From positions 1 to 64,000 of the forward strand of contig MU626374.1 of assembly GCA_025603075.1 (NCBI GenBank): 64,000 nt of DNA. Direction: 5' to 3'. How positions within the stretch are numbered: position 1 is the stretch's first letter; every line of letters starts with the position of its first letter. Positions 23,294-35,790 of this stretch are shown piece after piece. A program made the position numbers and the translations under genes. The notes under the pieces were generated by a model. The model was given only the letters and a program-made list of their open reading frames with translations. It did not search any database and was not told where the DNA came from. This DNA is from Neoconidiobolus thromboides FSU 785 (taxonomy: Eukaryota; Fungi; Entomophthoromycota).

Positions 23294-24307
23294 ATGTTAT
23301 TTTATTATATTTATTTCTTATTTTACTTTAATTCTTATTATTGTTCATACTATTATAATCCTAACTTCTATTCCAATAGCTATAACTTAATCGCTTATAA
23401 CAATAACGATAATAGTAATGTAAATAATCAAAACAGTGTAAATGATAGCAATGATAATAATAGTGATAATGGCAACATAAACAATAACAGTAATAGCAAT
23501 GAGAGCAACAGTACTAATATAAATAATAATATAAATACCAATAATATTCCTATAAATAATAACAACAATTTAAATGAAAAGAAAGTGAAATTAACGTATT
23601 ATTGGATAGCCATGGAAAAGGATTACCCTTTAAAACCGAACGAAGAAGGAATTAATATTAAAAGTTGTAAAGATAATAAACAAATAATTAAAAAAGTAAG
23701 TAGTCAATACTTTAAGAAGATTCAAATGGAAGGTAGTGGTCTATTGTCAAATAATCAATTTATTAATTGTGGTGATAAGTATTGTAATTGTTTTGATTTT
23801 ACAGAGGGTGCTAAAGGCAATAAAAACAATCTATTGATGCCTTATACATCGATTGCAGCCAATGACTTGACTTTCAACATAAACATATTTAGTAAAGAAA
23901 TCAATGGTACATTATTACCAAATAATCAAGTACATAATGGTTGTTTTAGAGTGGATGATACAAGTTGGTCTTTTAATAATAATCATATTGATTGGTTTGT
24001 TTATGATATCAATAACTATAACTATTTGGACAAAAAATTAAACTATAATGAAGTAACTATACAACTAAACAGCAACTGTAACATCTTGAGCTATAATAGT
24101 ACATCAAATAATAGCAGTAGTAATGTCACAACTACCAACGGTACTACAAATAACAGTAATACAAAATATAATTATAATTTAAACAATATAACTAATACTA
24201 TTCCTATTAGTTATATTAATCCTAAGTATAAACCTAATTTTAAACCTATTTCTACTTCTTTAATATCTAAGTTTAATAATTTTTTTACAAATTATTTTTA
24301 TAATTAA
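23294..24307 (+). CDS. Secreted 3D-domain (MltA-like, three-Asp) protein with Asn-rich linkers
   Basis: First ATG at 23294 (the ORF track starts at a GTG); aromatic/hydrophobic N-terminus; core KLTYYWIA...IQMEGSG...PYTSIAANDL...HNGCFRVDDT...HIDWFV retains the three Asp motifs of the 3D domain. Confidence 0.75.
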   Translation: MLFYYIYFLFYFNSYYCSYYYNPNFYSNSYNLIAYNNNDNSNVNNQNSVNDSNDNNSDNGNINNNSNSNESNSTNINNNINTNNIPINNNNNLNEKKVKLTYYWIAMEKDYPLKPNEEGINIKSCKDNKQIIKKVSSQYFKKIQMEGSGLLSNNQFINCGDKYCNCFDFTEGAKGNKNNLLMPYTSIAANDLTFNINIFSKEINGTLLPNNQVHNGCFRVDDTSWSFNNNHIDWFVYDINNYNYLDKKLNYNEVTIQLNSNCNILSYNSTSNNSSSNVTTTNGTTNNSNTKYNYNLNNITNTIPISYINPKYKPNFKPISTSLISKFNNFFTNYFYN

Positions 24308-24574
24308 TAAACTTTATACACTTACTTTTTATCATTCTCAAATGAATTTAGTTGTCTGAAACTGGATTACATTAGATAACTTTGATTTTTTTAATTTGAT
24401 ATCAAGTCCTTTTATATGAAATTAATGGTTTTAATATTTAATAATTATGAAATTCATATAAAAATTATCACTAACAAATTAAAAAACCAAGAGGCATCTA
24501 AATGCAACTATTAACTTCAAAATCAAATTTGACCATAAAAACAACTTAGCTTTTTTTACTAATTTTATAAAAGA

Positions 24575-25745
24575 ATGGGAAGAAAAAATAGTGAATATAA
24601 TAATGAATATAAAGCAAGCAAAGTAAAAGCTAAATCCAACAGTAAAACTAATAAAAAGAAAGATCAATCAAAATTTGGGCACTCAAAGAAGCATGATGTT
24701 TATTATGATCGATATTTACCTAGCGAGGCTCAAGAATCAGAAGAAAATTCGAACAAATTAAAAATACCGGTTGCTATGTGGGTAGGTATTTTACTTTAAT
24801 ATAAATCATTTAAATTCATAAGTTAGGACTTTGAACATTGTGATCCAAAACGCTGTTCTGGAAAAAAACTACTACGTCAAGGTATGATTGAGCAATTGAA
24901 AGTAGGTCAAGTATTTAAAGGTATTGTATTAAGCCCAAATGGTGAACAAATTGTTTGTCCAGATGATAGAGATCTGGTGGAAAAAGAAGGTATTGCTGTA
25001 GTTGAAGCTTCATGGGCTAGAATTGAAGAAGTACCATTTAAAAAAATGAAAATTAGAAATAATCGATTATGTAAAGACAATAGTTAGGATTATTTAAGTT
25101 CTGTTGATCTTTATTATTATTATAGTGCCTTATCTGGTCGCAACTAATCCAGTTAATTATGGAAAACCTTATAAATTAAATTGTGTTGAAGCTATTGCAG
25201 CTTGCTTCTATATTACCGGTAAATAAATTAGCAATGATATATAAACTAAGTAACACTTTAGTTTAGGATTTAAAAAATTTGGCCATAAAATGATGGAAAA
25301 ATTTTCATGGGGACATGCATTTTATAACTTAAATAGGTAAAAATCGAATTTATTTTTTTATTTAATATAATTTTTATTTTCATTTTATTTAGACCTTTAT
25401 TTCGAATTTATCGACAATGTACTGATACAGAATCTATATTGAATGCACAAGCTGAATATTTAAATCAATTAGAAATGGAAACAATGATAAAGAATACAAA
25501 AAAATTAAGTAAATCTAGTATAAATAAATTGGATCTTTAAACTTACTGTTTTAGCTGTAAATGACGATGATGATGAGTTTATTAATCCTAATCATAACTT
25601 AAATCAAAATGATGAAGATGAGTCTTCAGGTGTGTCAGAAACGGAAGATGAAGACAATGAAGACAATGAAGACAATGAAGACAATGAAGAAGAAGGAGAG
25701 GAAGAGAGCGAAGAAGAAGAAAAAGATGGTAGTGAAAAAAAATAA
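24575..25745 (+). CDS. TSR3: 18S rRNA aminocarboxypropyltransferase TSR3 (multi-exon)
   Basis: Spliced VAMW|[32 protein letters not shown]|[33 protein letters not shown]; acidic C-terminal tail; stop 25743-25745. Confidence 0.96.
25646..25690 (+). repeat. (GAAGACAAT)x4 coding minisatellite in the TSR3 acidic tail
   Basis: gaagacaat repeated four times (EDN units); coordinates approximate to a few bp. Confidence 0.85.
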
Positions 25746-26416
25746 GATAAAACTAAAAGTAAATTTAAACTATAGAAAAGAGATATAAATTAATAAATTT
25801 TTATATTTATTTCAAAGTATTTGAATTATTTTAGAAGTTACCTTTTGTGAATAGTTTTAATAATCGCTTATTATGGATAGCTGTTTGTTTTAAATTGCTG
25901 GAAGGATTAAAAATAGCTTTGATAGGCAATAAAAGATAATATAGCCAATTCACATAAGCCATATTTTAATAAAAGTGACATAAATTGTATATTGAATATG
26001 AATAAATTAAAAGTTAGTTATCATAGTATTAATATATATCTATTTGTAAGAGTATTAGATTAATCAACTCCAGTTAAAAAACCTTTGAAAAGATCAAATA
26101 AACCAATAAGGCATATTTGTAAAATTTTATAGAATAGTTATAATATCAAACTTTTATGAGTTATATAAAACAAATTACTATCATGTATTTGGATGTATAT
26201 TTATGAAATAATGGGTATGGACAAAAACATAATAGCAATAGATGTATACAAAACTGTTTCCTGAATTAACATATAATTTCGTAAGGATATTGAAAAGATT
26301 GTCATTGAAAAGGATAAAATTGAATGTTCTTTATTAAAATCAACTAAAAGTAAGAAAATATTAAATAGTTTATTTAGAATTCCCTTTCTAAATGTTAGTC
26401 ATAAATATAATAATAG

Positions 26417-28006
26417 TTAAACAGTAGCACTATGGCAACTATATGAAGTAATAATATCAGTTAAGGACTTGGGTTCATTGTTTAATAAACTTTTATCATT
26501 TGTATTACTGATATATGAACTTTGCGGCATATCAATACTATCATCATCAATCTCAGAAGATTCATCAAAAAGAATAGAATAATTCGTATTTTTTATAAAG
26601 CTAATATATGGTTTTTCTGGTATAATAATACTACCATCTTTAATTTCACGAAATTTGTTATAAAGGATTGAGTAATTCTTTGCTTTTATAGTACCAAATA
26701 AATCTCTATTATCAATAAGTATAGGCTCACTAATTATATTCCTATTTTGATCTTTTCCAAAATTGTATTTGTATTTGTATTTTATAAAAAGAAAAAATAA
26801 CAGTAATAATAATAGTAGTCCTATTATTCCTCCTATTATACTACCAATTGGCACTTCATTGTTATTCTTACTTATATCTCTTCTTATATCATCATTAGTT
26901 TTATCATTAGTTTTACCATTTTTGTCACTGTTATAGTTAGATATATTATTAGTATTAATTAAAGAAGGTAAATAATTGATTTGAGTCCAGTTGTTTATAT
27001 TGTATATTCCCACCATATTTGAAGATTCAGCATCTAACAAACCATCATTTTTAGAATTAAGGAGTTGGATACCAAACGAATTAATTAAATAATCCTTATA
27101 GATAATAAAACAACCAAAGTTCTTCATTTGAATCACTTTCATTTTCCGAAATGAAAATGGGTTTTGTTGAAATTCATAAATAGTAATATTGTTGATTTTA
27201 GAAGCATTATAGACTATAAAATAAACTGATTGATTGTTTTTAACAATTTTCAACTCATCATATTGTTCAAATTTAATATTGTATACATTTATTTTATTTG
27301 ATATCAAATCTAACTGATGTAATGTATCATAATTTATATTTTTATTTGAGTTATACTTGACTTTCGTTTTAAAATAGTATATCTTATTGTTTAATATGAA
27401 TAATTGTTGAAGGTAAGTATCAGATAGTGCATTTGCTATTGTTTCGAATCTTTTAGTTGTAATATCAAACAGCTTTAATCCAACTGATGAATGGTTATTT
27501 TTACCACGACCTAATATAAACCCAGAAATATAAAACTGTTTTATGTTCTTTTCATTTTGTAAAATAGAGTAGTTGGGCGTTGTTTCTTTTGAACTTGTAT
27601 TGAACCTATCGAACAAGTCTTTAATAATATACTCATTATACCACTCGTTTTTTTCAATATTGAAATATTTTAAAGATATCCCAGCTTTTAGCTTATCCCA
27701 GGAAAAATCGACTATCCTTTTATCACCAATATAAAAAATATTCGAGTCCATTTTTTTATCTGAAATGATTTTGATATTGCTCCTTCTCCATGGCGCTACA
27801 TTGTTGTCTAGTTTGAACCCTTCTTTTAAATCTAATTTGAATACTTCATTATTGCTTTGGTGTATACTTGCTTTCGGTAGTTCGACTTTTCCTCCTAAAT
27901 AATACAATTCATCCCTAATAACAAAGCATTTCCCATTACTTACTGTTGGTAATAGCGTATTTGCTTTATATAACACAACATTAAATAATAAAAATAATAA
28001 AAACAT
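26417..28006 (-). CDS. Type I membrane protein with kelch-like beta-propeller ectodomain, paralog 1
   Basis: 529 aa; signal peptide; kelch-like CFVIRDELYYLGG and GCFIIYKDYLINSFG; TM IGSIIGGIIGLLLLLLLFFLFI followed by KYKYK; cytoplasmic tail. Confidence 0.8.
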   Translation of the reverse strand: MFLLFLLFNVVLYKANTLLPTVSNGKCFVIRDELYYLGGKVELPKASIHQSNNEVFKLDLKEGFKLDNNVAPWRRSNIKIISDKKMDSNIFYIGDKRIVDFSWDKLKAGISLKYFNIEKNEWYNEYIIKDLFDRFNTSSKETTPNYSILQNEKNIKQFYISGFILGRGKNNHSSVGLKLFDITTKRFETIANALSDTYLQQLFILNNKIYYFKTKVKYNSNKNINYDTLHQLDLISNKINVYNIKFEQYDELKIVKNNQSVYFIVYNASKINNITIYEFQQNPFSFRKMKVIQMKNFGCFIIYKDYLINSFGIQLLNSKNDGLLDAESSNMVGIYNINNWTQINYLPSLINTNNISNYNSDKNGKTNDKTNDDIRRDISKNNNEVPIGSIIGGIIGLLLLLLLFFLFIKYKYKYNFGKDQNRNIISEPILIDNRDLFGTIKAKNYSILYNKFREIKDGSIIIPEKPYISFIKNTNYSILFDESSEIDDDSIDMPQSSYISNTNDKSLLNNEPKSLTDIITSYSCHSATV

Positions 28007-29027
28007 TTAAGAATATAGATAAAGGTTTTTTTGTTTTATATATTAATTAGATTACTCTTTATTAATTAATAATAAGAACTGTTTTATTTAAGAACATTAT
28101 TTATTATTTAATTTATCAACACGAACAATTGTTTGAGTCAATTTTTAATCTTTTGATACCGAAAAAACCCTTCCAACTTAATGAAGGACTAGAATAGTTT
28201 TTCTCTTCATACCATATAGTTGACACTTAGTTTTATATATTTTAGAGTTCTGGAAAGTATGCTATTTATTGTGATTCGATATTCTTGTGAAAGATATGCT
28301 TTAAATATTTTGACTATAATAAAGTTAATTTATAATTCAGGAGAAGAACATAAAGTTATACTCAGCAAAAAAGTTACCATCTTTAATATGAATACTTATA
28401 TTCTCTGTATATTTACAATTGTTAGATAACTATATAACATTTAATAATATGAGCTGATATTACAATAGCAGTTGAATAAACTAAATTTCTGCTAAACTCC
28501 GTTCGTAATAGTAAAAAGTATTGCTAGATATTTAGCTTTAGATATTTAATGAAATAACTAAAATGCTTATAGCTATACTGTCAATATGCTACTACAATAA
28601 GAGGAACTATAAGCTAGGTACATACCTTATTTAATAAGGAAAAAAAAAGAATCAAATGGAACTAAAGTATAATAGGCTTTTGACAAAAAAAAACGTATAT
28701 AGTTCTTAATAATATGCAAAATTATTTATTATAATTTATATATGATAGATTTATTCTCATAAAATAATATCAACACTAATAATACTGATAATTGGATAAT
28801 AGCTTAACACAATAAATTTATTGGCTAAAACAGCCCAGAGTTTAACATCGAAATAGTATTGGGTTTGTTGTAATTACTTCCAGTACCCAGACTATACTAT
28901 TGATTGATATAGTAAATTTCAATTGGTTTATATAAAATTCAGTATAATACCAGGAATACAAATGTATATTAAAAGAATATATGAGCAATTATGAGTTTCA
29001 AATAGCATTTGCCTTTCTTTTTTTAAA

Positions 29028-30473
29028 ATGAAAGCTATACTTTTATTTCAATTACTTATTTATCTTACTCTTTCATTCTCACCAAGAGCTAATAATGGTG
29101 GCTGTATCATACTTGAGGATCGATTATATTATTTGGGCGGACTTACTCGATTTATAAATTTAGACCTCTTATTTGATAATAAGGAAGTGTTTGAATTGAA
29201 CTTAAAGAAAGGCGTTAACTTGATTGGTAACGTAGCTGAAGGATGGGAAAGAAGTAATGTAACCAATTCGCCAGATCGTATGTATGATCCAAGGCTATTT
29301 TATATCAATAAATATAATAATGCTAATGGCATAATAATGAGTTCTTATGTTGATGGAGAAACCATGATCCCAATGCTTAATTTTTATAATATTAAAGAAA
29401 AAGCATGGTTTAATAAAAATGTTTTTAACGAAATATTTGACGCATCAAACACAAAGTGCAATGTTTTTAAAAAATGTATTGTAACTTATTATATATTACA
29501 AAAGGAAACTAGATCAAGTCAATTTTATATCTCTGGCTCAGTTTATAATAAAGATTTAAAGAAGCGATATTCACTTGATTTAAAGTTATTTGACGTTCAG
29601 GCTAAAAGTATAATTACTGTTTACCAATTAAAAAATAATTCATATATACGCCAGGTAGATATTAAACATAACAAGCTATATTATTTCAACGAATATTCAA
29701 ATAATGAATATTTAGATGCTGATTTTAGTATACTATATGAGTTAGATTTAGCTACAACTAAAATCAAAGAACATCGTATCAATTTTGAGCGCTATTTTTC
29801 AATGCAATTTATAACATCAAACTCTTCCATTTATTTTGCTGGCACTAATTTTGATAACAGTGAGGAGGGGTTGGTTCATATTTATGAATTGAAAATTAGC
29901 CCATTTTCATTCAAAAGGATCAAATTAAGATTACCTTTTAACAATTTTGGGTGCTTTAATTACTATAACGATTACTTAATTAATACTTTTGGCATTTTAA
30001 ATGTATTTACCAAAGACGGTATTAGTTCTGAAACTACTGATAAATCCCAGTTCATTAATGTAAAAAACTGGGAGCAAGTTGGTGGTTTACCTTCATCTAT
30101 AATTAATAATGAAAATTCAGCTAATCAAGATAGTAACAAAGAAACAAATAAAGTAAAAAACAACAGCAATAATGACTATAATAATGGGTTATTAATAGGT
30201 AGTATTGTCGGTGGAATTATTGGGTTTGTTTTGATAGCATCAATAGTAATATTTATAATGTATAAATACAAACTAAAGAAGCAAAGACCTCCAAGCATGA
30301 TTATGGATCCCATTATTATTAAACCAATCAATCCATTAGATGCAAATAACAACTATTATAATACAGAAGTATTCAGTCATTCCCATGAACTTGAAGATGA
30401 CATAAGTCATATAATACCTGAAAAGTTGCATATTAAAGACGTAAGAGGGATGAATATGCTTTTTGAAGAATAA
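29028..30473 (+). CDS. Type I membrane protein with kelch-like beta-propeller ectodomain, paralog 2
   Basis: 481 aa; signal peptide; GCIILEDRLYYLGG, EVFELNLKKG and GCFNYYNDYLINTFG; TM IGSIVGGIIGFVLIASIVIFIM followed by YKYK; collinear with 26417..28006. Confidence 0.8.
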   Translation: MKAILLFQLLIYLTLSFSPRANNGGCIILEDRLYYLGGLTRFINLDLLFDNKEVFELNLKKGVNLIGNVAEGWERSNVTNSPDRMYDPRLFYINKYNNANGIIMSSYVDGETMIPMLNFYNIKEKAWFNKNVFNEIFDASNTKCNVFKKCIVTYYILQKETRSSQFYISGSVYNKDLKKRYSLDLKLFDVQAKSIITVYQLKNNSYIRQVDIKHNKLYYFNEYSNNEYLDADFSILYELDLATTKIKEHRINFERYFSMQFITSNSSIYFAGTNFDNSEEGLVHIYELKISPFSFKRIKLRLPFNNFGCFNYYNDYLINTFGILNVFTKDGISSETTDKSQFINVKNWEQVGGLPSSIINNENSANQDSNKETNKVKNNSNNDYNNGLLIGSIVGGIIGFVLIASIVIFIMYKYKLKKQRPPSMIMDPIIIKPINPLDANNNYYNTEVFSHSHELEDDISHIIPEKLHIKDVRGMNMLFEE

Positions 30474-31756
30474 AATTAAATGAGCTACTTTAATATTTTT
30501 TTTAAGTCATACATTTGTATTTAAAGTAAATTATTTTATAAGTTGACACTAAAATTGAAATTACTAAATTTTAATTAAAAGCATTGGACTATATGAGTTT
30601 CATGAATTTATTTACAAAGCTCATAGTAAATGAAGGTTGTCAAAATTGGACTTAGAATAAACTAGCTTATATCCATCCTTACAATAAATAAAAACTTAGA
30701 TATCAAACTATTTTGAATTGTATTAAAAGCATGTAATAAACATTAATGCAAAAATGAAGGTCAAATTAAAAACTGTGCTACTTTCAACATCAGTTGAGTT
30801 GTTTTAAAATATCCGATACAATGTACTTAAACCCATTGTATAATTTTAACTAAATTGAAAGTTTATTTTACTTTAGAGTAGGTTAAATGTTTTGACAACC
30901 ACCATTAAAAAACTAATATTAGGTCTTCTAGAATTAATGTCTAATAATTAATTAGATCTATTATAACCTTAAAACTGAGACTAAAATTAAGGTGTTAGCT
31001 TGAAAGTTATGATTGGGTTAGTATTAAAAAATGGAAATCTAGTATCATGTAAAATCAACTGCTTCGTATTAAGGGTTAATTACTATAAACTATATTATAA
31101 ATTATTTGGGCAGTTCCATTGCTTCTTTTAAGGATAGAAAAACAACCTTCTTATTCATAAAGCTAATAATAGGGAAATAAGTGAAAGGCTGTTACAACCA
31201 ATCTAGATTCTTAAGATCGCGAAAACCTTAAGCTGCTTCAATAGTTAATAAGATTAAATCAAATAATGAATAAATGGGGCAGATTACAAAGCAAGCATCT
31301 TTCGCTTGTTTTGGTTAGGAAAGTGAGACACTTGCGACTGACTTTTATCGTGTTGTACTAAATTAAGGACTAAAAATTGATACCAAAATAATAGATTAAG
31401 AATACCATTACTTTTTGGATAATAATTCAACTTCTAACATATTATATAGTTTCAATTGTATTTAATTTTGGACCTTTATATAGTAAATTTAAACACTGTA
31501 ATTGGTTTTTAAGTAAATTACACTTTTCTAGCAATTTCTATTTAACTATCTAAATAGTTCTTGAGATCAAATATTTATTAAACTATGAAAATAAAACACA
31601 GTTGAGCCAATCAAATCTTTCATTAAGGCCCCGTAATTCCCTTTCGTTCTTCCTACTTTTTCTCTTTTTGTTAAGCTCTCATTGATTTCTCTTCATAAAT
31701 GAGCCATACCGTTGTCTTCTAGTCTGTAATAGAAAAAATATGTATTTATAAAGAAT

Positions 31757-31790
31757 TATAATATAATATAATATAATATAATATAATATA
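31757..31790. repeat. (ATATA)n simple repeat
   Basis: Run of ataat/atata units read directly. Confidence 0.7.
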
Positions 31791-32862
31791 GTACGCTCGA
31801 ATTTAGCTAATTCTACAATGGATTTGTTTAAATATTACAAGCGAACACTTTGTTCTATGTCTCAATTCTATTTTTAATATAGAAACATTTAAAACTAAAG
31901 CTTAATCGCTTATAAGTAAAAATAACATAGATACTTATACCATATATACTTATATCATATATAATTTTTTGATATGGACAGTAATTAAAGAAATAGTACT
32001 TTATGCTGGGACTATATAAATGGAACATTGAAGTGATAACACAATCTATTCCAAAATACTTTGATTTTATATCACTTTATCCAAGCAATTTCATAACATT
32101 TTTTAATTTACAAAAACATTATTCTAGAAAAACTAAGTACAGACCGTTTTGAATTGGGGTTATGGAAAGATATTTTTATAGTGGTAACATAGCTTATTCT
32201 ACTATAATGTCACTTTTTTACCACTTAAACTAAGCAATTGCATAGCTTTTTCTAATTAAGACCAATCTGACTATTATATATCCGATAAATTAGTGTGACA
32301 TTTTAAAAACTGCTATATTTTTAATTAAAGTCATCATATCATTGGCTTGATATTTTATTGCTTTTTTCTTTAATATAGAAGTTGCTTATTTCAATTGAAC
32401 ATTTATAGCTAAATATTCAAGTATATTAATCTAACTTTAGTTTTTCTTAAATATTAATATTAAGAATACAAAAAAGAATGTAAATTCACTTAGTCTGGAC
32501 TATCATAACCTAAAACAGGAGATGATGAACCCGGATGTTTTCTTATAATCTACAAGCCTCTTCATCGTACATACACCTTCTCTTTTTACATTTCTAGTCA
32601 CGTTCATTTTTTGTTGCTATTTACTTATATCAACAAAGTACTTGTTAATCATTGGTTCTTTCAAAATAATAAAAAATAGAATACTGATAATCTAGAAAAA
32701 TAATTCTAATTTAAACCAAAAATAAAAATAAAATTGCCAAACATAAGGAAGTCCCAACTAAATTACTAAATATGGTATTCTAAGAAACCAAGGTAACTTA
32801 GAAGCTTATAAATAATAGCACAATTCTAGAAATTATGTTTTTATAAATGAATAAATGAATAA

Positions 32863-34128
32863 ATGAATAAAAGTATAAAATATAAAAACATAAAATGGAG
32901 AGTAAAGGTATTGGATATAGCTACAATCCCTCTAAATAAAACAGATCGACCTAAAGATGACCTACCAACTGATTCCCCGGTTAAAGTTAACTGTGTAAAT
33001 AGAAAATTGACCAAAAATGAAATAATAGAAATGAGAATATTAAGTCTGAGAGACGGCAACTTTATCAACTTTAATTCCGATAATATCCATATATTATTAG
33101 ATCCTGATATTTCTGGCATTTCCTCTGACAACCCATTTCCTGAATATCATCAAAACAATGACTACTTAAAGGAGGATTTTAGAAATAAAGTCAAAGATGA
33201 TAGTGAATCAACTTTTAAAGAATATAGGCTAGTTTCAAAAGACCATAATCAATTTGGTAGCAATGGTTATGGTCACAACGACCGAGGCAATAATTCAATA
33301 AGGAAAAGCAGTTATATTGAAGCTAGTGATGACGATAGCATTAGTTTATGTGATTCTTTTGATCAATTAGCTAAACAAATGCTAAAGCGAGAGACACTAC
33401 TATATCAAAGTTATTTTGAATCAAAAGAAGCAGACTTTAATCAGAATTTAGTTCTAGAGTTAAATATGAGTGATCCATATAGTCAAGATTTAGCTCTAGA
33501 ATCTAGTTTAAATGATTCATGTAACCAAATTATATGTGATGATCATAGATCTTATTCTATCCCTTTGAGTAACTCAATAAGTAATAATATAGCGACCGAC
33601 GGTGGTAACCCCATTTTAGGGAATGAAAATGATAAGCTACAAGTATTGAAGCCTTTATACTACGATGATCAAGGATCTATAGAGGAATCAAAGCATCGGG
33701 GCGAACGATTAGATTTAGATGCTGAATTCTCATTTGAAAATTTAAGCCAAGAGGAAGAACAAAATATCATTCCAACCATTCATTCTAGATACAATGACTT
33801 TTATCAAAATTATCAACTACCAAACAGCGAGCTGATATTTGATTTTTTTTATATAAATCATTTACCACTATCAACAATTATTACTTTAAAGGAAGTAAAC
33901 TATTTATTATGTATTAATGCAGATATAATTCAACGACTATTGTTAAATTGTATGGCTTATGCAACGTTGTATTATTTAAAAAGGGACTTAAATCTTATTA
34001 TATATTATAAACAACAAATCAAAGTTCTTTTAATCTATATAGCGCAAAATTATCTTTATAATATCAACTTAAGGTACTATAACATCTCTGTCAGTATTCT
34101 AACAATGTCCAATTTCTTTAATGAATAA
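32863..34128 (+). CDS. Hypothetical protein (orphan, acidic/Ser-rich)
   Basis: 421-codon open frame in very AT-rich DNA is unlikely by chance; no family recognised; shares an E-x3-Y-x2-YFES motif with 35791..36609. Confidence 0.65.
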   Translation: MNKSIKYKNIKWRVKVLDIATIPLNKTDRPKDDLPTDSPVKVNCVNRKLTKNEIIEMRILSLRDGNFINFNSDNIHILLDPDISGISSDNPFPEYHQNNDYLKEDFRNKVKDDSESTFKEYRLVSKDHNQFGSNGYGHNDRGNNSIRKSSYIEASDDDSISLCDSFDQLAKQMLKRETLLYQSYFESKEADFNQNLVLELNMSDPYSQDLALESSLNDSCNQIICDDHRSYSIPLSNSISNNIATDGGNPILGNENDKLQVLKPLYYDDQGSIEESKHRGERLDLDAEFSFENLSQEEEQNIIPTIHSRYNDFYQNYQLPNSELIFDFFYINHLPLSTIITLKEVNYLLCINADIIQRLLLNCMAYATLYYLKRDLNLIIYYKQQIKVLLIYIAQNYLYNINLRYYNISVSILTMSNFFNE

Positions 34129-35308
34129 ATAACACTCTCTTTATCTTCAATTATTAATATAGTGTATTTCAACTAAGATTTGCTTTTTTCTAATTTTGAG
34201 ACAAGTTACAAGTACCAATTCATTCAATTAAAGTAATATAAATACTTAAGTTACAGTAATATATTGTTTAATAGCCTAAATCTATTATTTATTTATACAA
34301 ATATTCTGCATAAATTAATTTCAAATGAGAGTTAAAATTACATGTTTTTAAACTATTAGAATAACCCTTTTTACATGTTATTATTTAGTAGAGATGTACA
34401 ATAAGCATATTATTTAATTGAAGCACCTTAAATATGTTTGACTCATAAGTAATACTGTTTAAACAGTTGACGTAAATCGAGTCTATAAAAAATGCAATTA
34501 AGAATCAATAATAATAGATGATTATAATCTATAGATAGAGTTAAAAATCGCTTTTATTTACAAAATTAACAGTCCTTTCAAAATCTTGGACCCTCTCGGT
34601 CATACTTTTACTAGTTTAAGCACTATAGTAAATAAAACTAAGCATTTAAGAAAAGATTATGACCATAATATTGATTATGATCTTTGATAATCTTTGTAAA
34701 AAAAAAATTCCAATCGAAAAGACTACAACTAAATTAAAAAAGCAGTTATCATAAACTTTGAAAAGACTAGTGATTACTAACCAGCATCTAAATCAAAATA
34801 TCATAGTACATTGTTTAAAAATGTAATTTATGCATTAATATTAGTATGTTATTAGCATCAATATCGATATTGGACTAGCGTTAATACTATTCTGAGTGTT
34901 AAGTTATCGTTAGTATTGATATTAGTATCAATATTGTATTGAATTAGTGTCTAGTTAGGAGTTTTATCACTAAAGTTTATTTTTTTGCCAAAAATTTTGA
35001 AGGGTAATAAACACCATTCAACTGTGTCTTCCTATTAAAAAAAACCTTACAATAGTGCTAGTGTTAAAGCATTTGATAAATCAAAAGGTTTTCTATCTAA
35101 ATATAACCATCAAAAGTACAGATCAGGAAACAAATCAGCTCCTACTTTTACAATGGTATTAATAAAGTTTAAATCCCTTTTTACTTTCTTTTTTTTGCTT
35201 TCTTTTTTGCTTCAATTACAAATTAAGGCTGACTTTACTAACATTCTATGGCTTAATAAGATTTATCATCTCTTAAAAAGTCACCCTATTTTCATTATTA
35301 TTTTATTT

Positions 35309-35399
35309 GGGGATATATTTTTAAGGATTTTACTAACAATCTTTCCTCTCAAATAGTACTTAAAAGATAGAAAAAGTAATGAAACTAAAAAGTATCCTC
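35309..35399 (-). mobile_element. MITE family A, copy 5 (91 bp, internal deletion)
   Basis: GGGGATATATTTT...AAAAAGTATCCTC in reverse orientation; non-palindromic flanks ATTT/ATTT (35305-35308 and 35400-35403). Confidence 0.9.
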
Positions 35400-35790
35400 A
35401 TTTATCAGTAGATAATCAGTATGTTGAATTAAATCACTAAAAAATAATATGGAAATGTCTTTTTCGGTTTCATTTACTTATTCATAAAAATTGAAAAAAT
35501 ATTAGTAAACACTAAATCAAAAAAGATGTTAATATATGTAACTTTATAAGAAATAACTAAAAGCCACATTATAAGAAAAATACTTGGAAAAACTTAATTA
35601 TTATACAAAGAAGGACTAAATAGTATAGATAAGTCAAGGGGATGTAAAAGTAGGTAGATAGAAAAGGCAGGTAAACAACTAATAATAAGTTATGTTTAAT
35701 GTATTTTGGTATAATTAGCTGAGGAAAGTTCTTAATAATCTCTTAAATAATGCAAATAATTAGTATCGGTTAATTAAAACCTTAATGAAT

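Noticed and set aside
30635-30900. GGTTGTCAAAA...TTTTGACAACC inverted repeat
   Set aside because: Only 11 bp, no TSD and no second copy seen; the similar 34571..34768 (AGTCCTTTCAAA/TTTGAAAAGACT) and 15846..15958 (CCCCA/TGGGG) pairs are rejected for the same reason.
31630-31870. Apparent minus-strand intron (GTACTA..TTACAG) joining coding-like sequence
   Set aside because: Every joined frame contains stops and no start or family could be identified; the intron body is a simple repeat.
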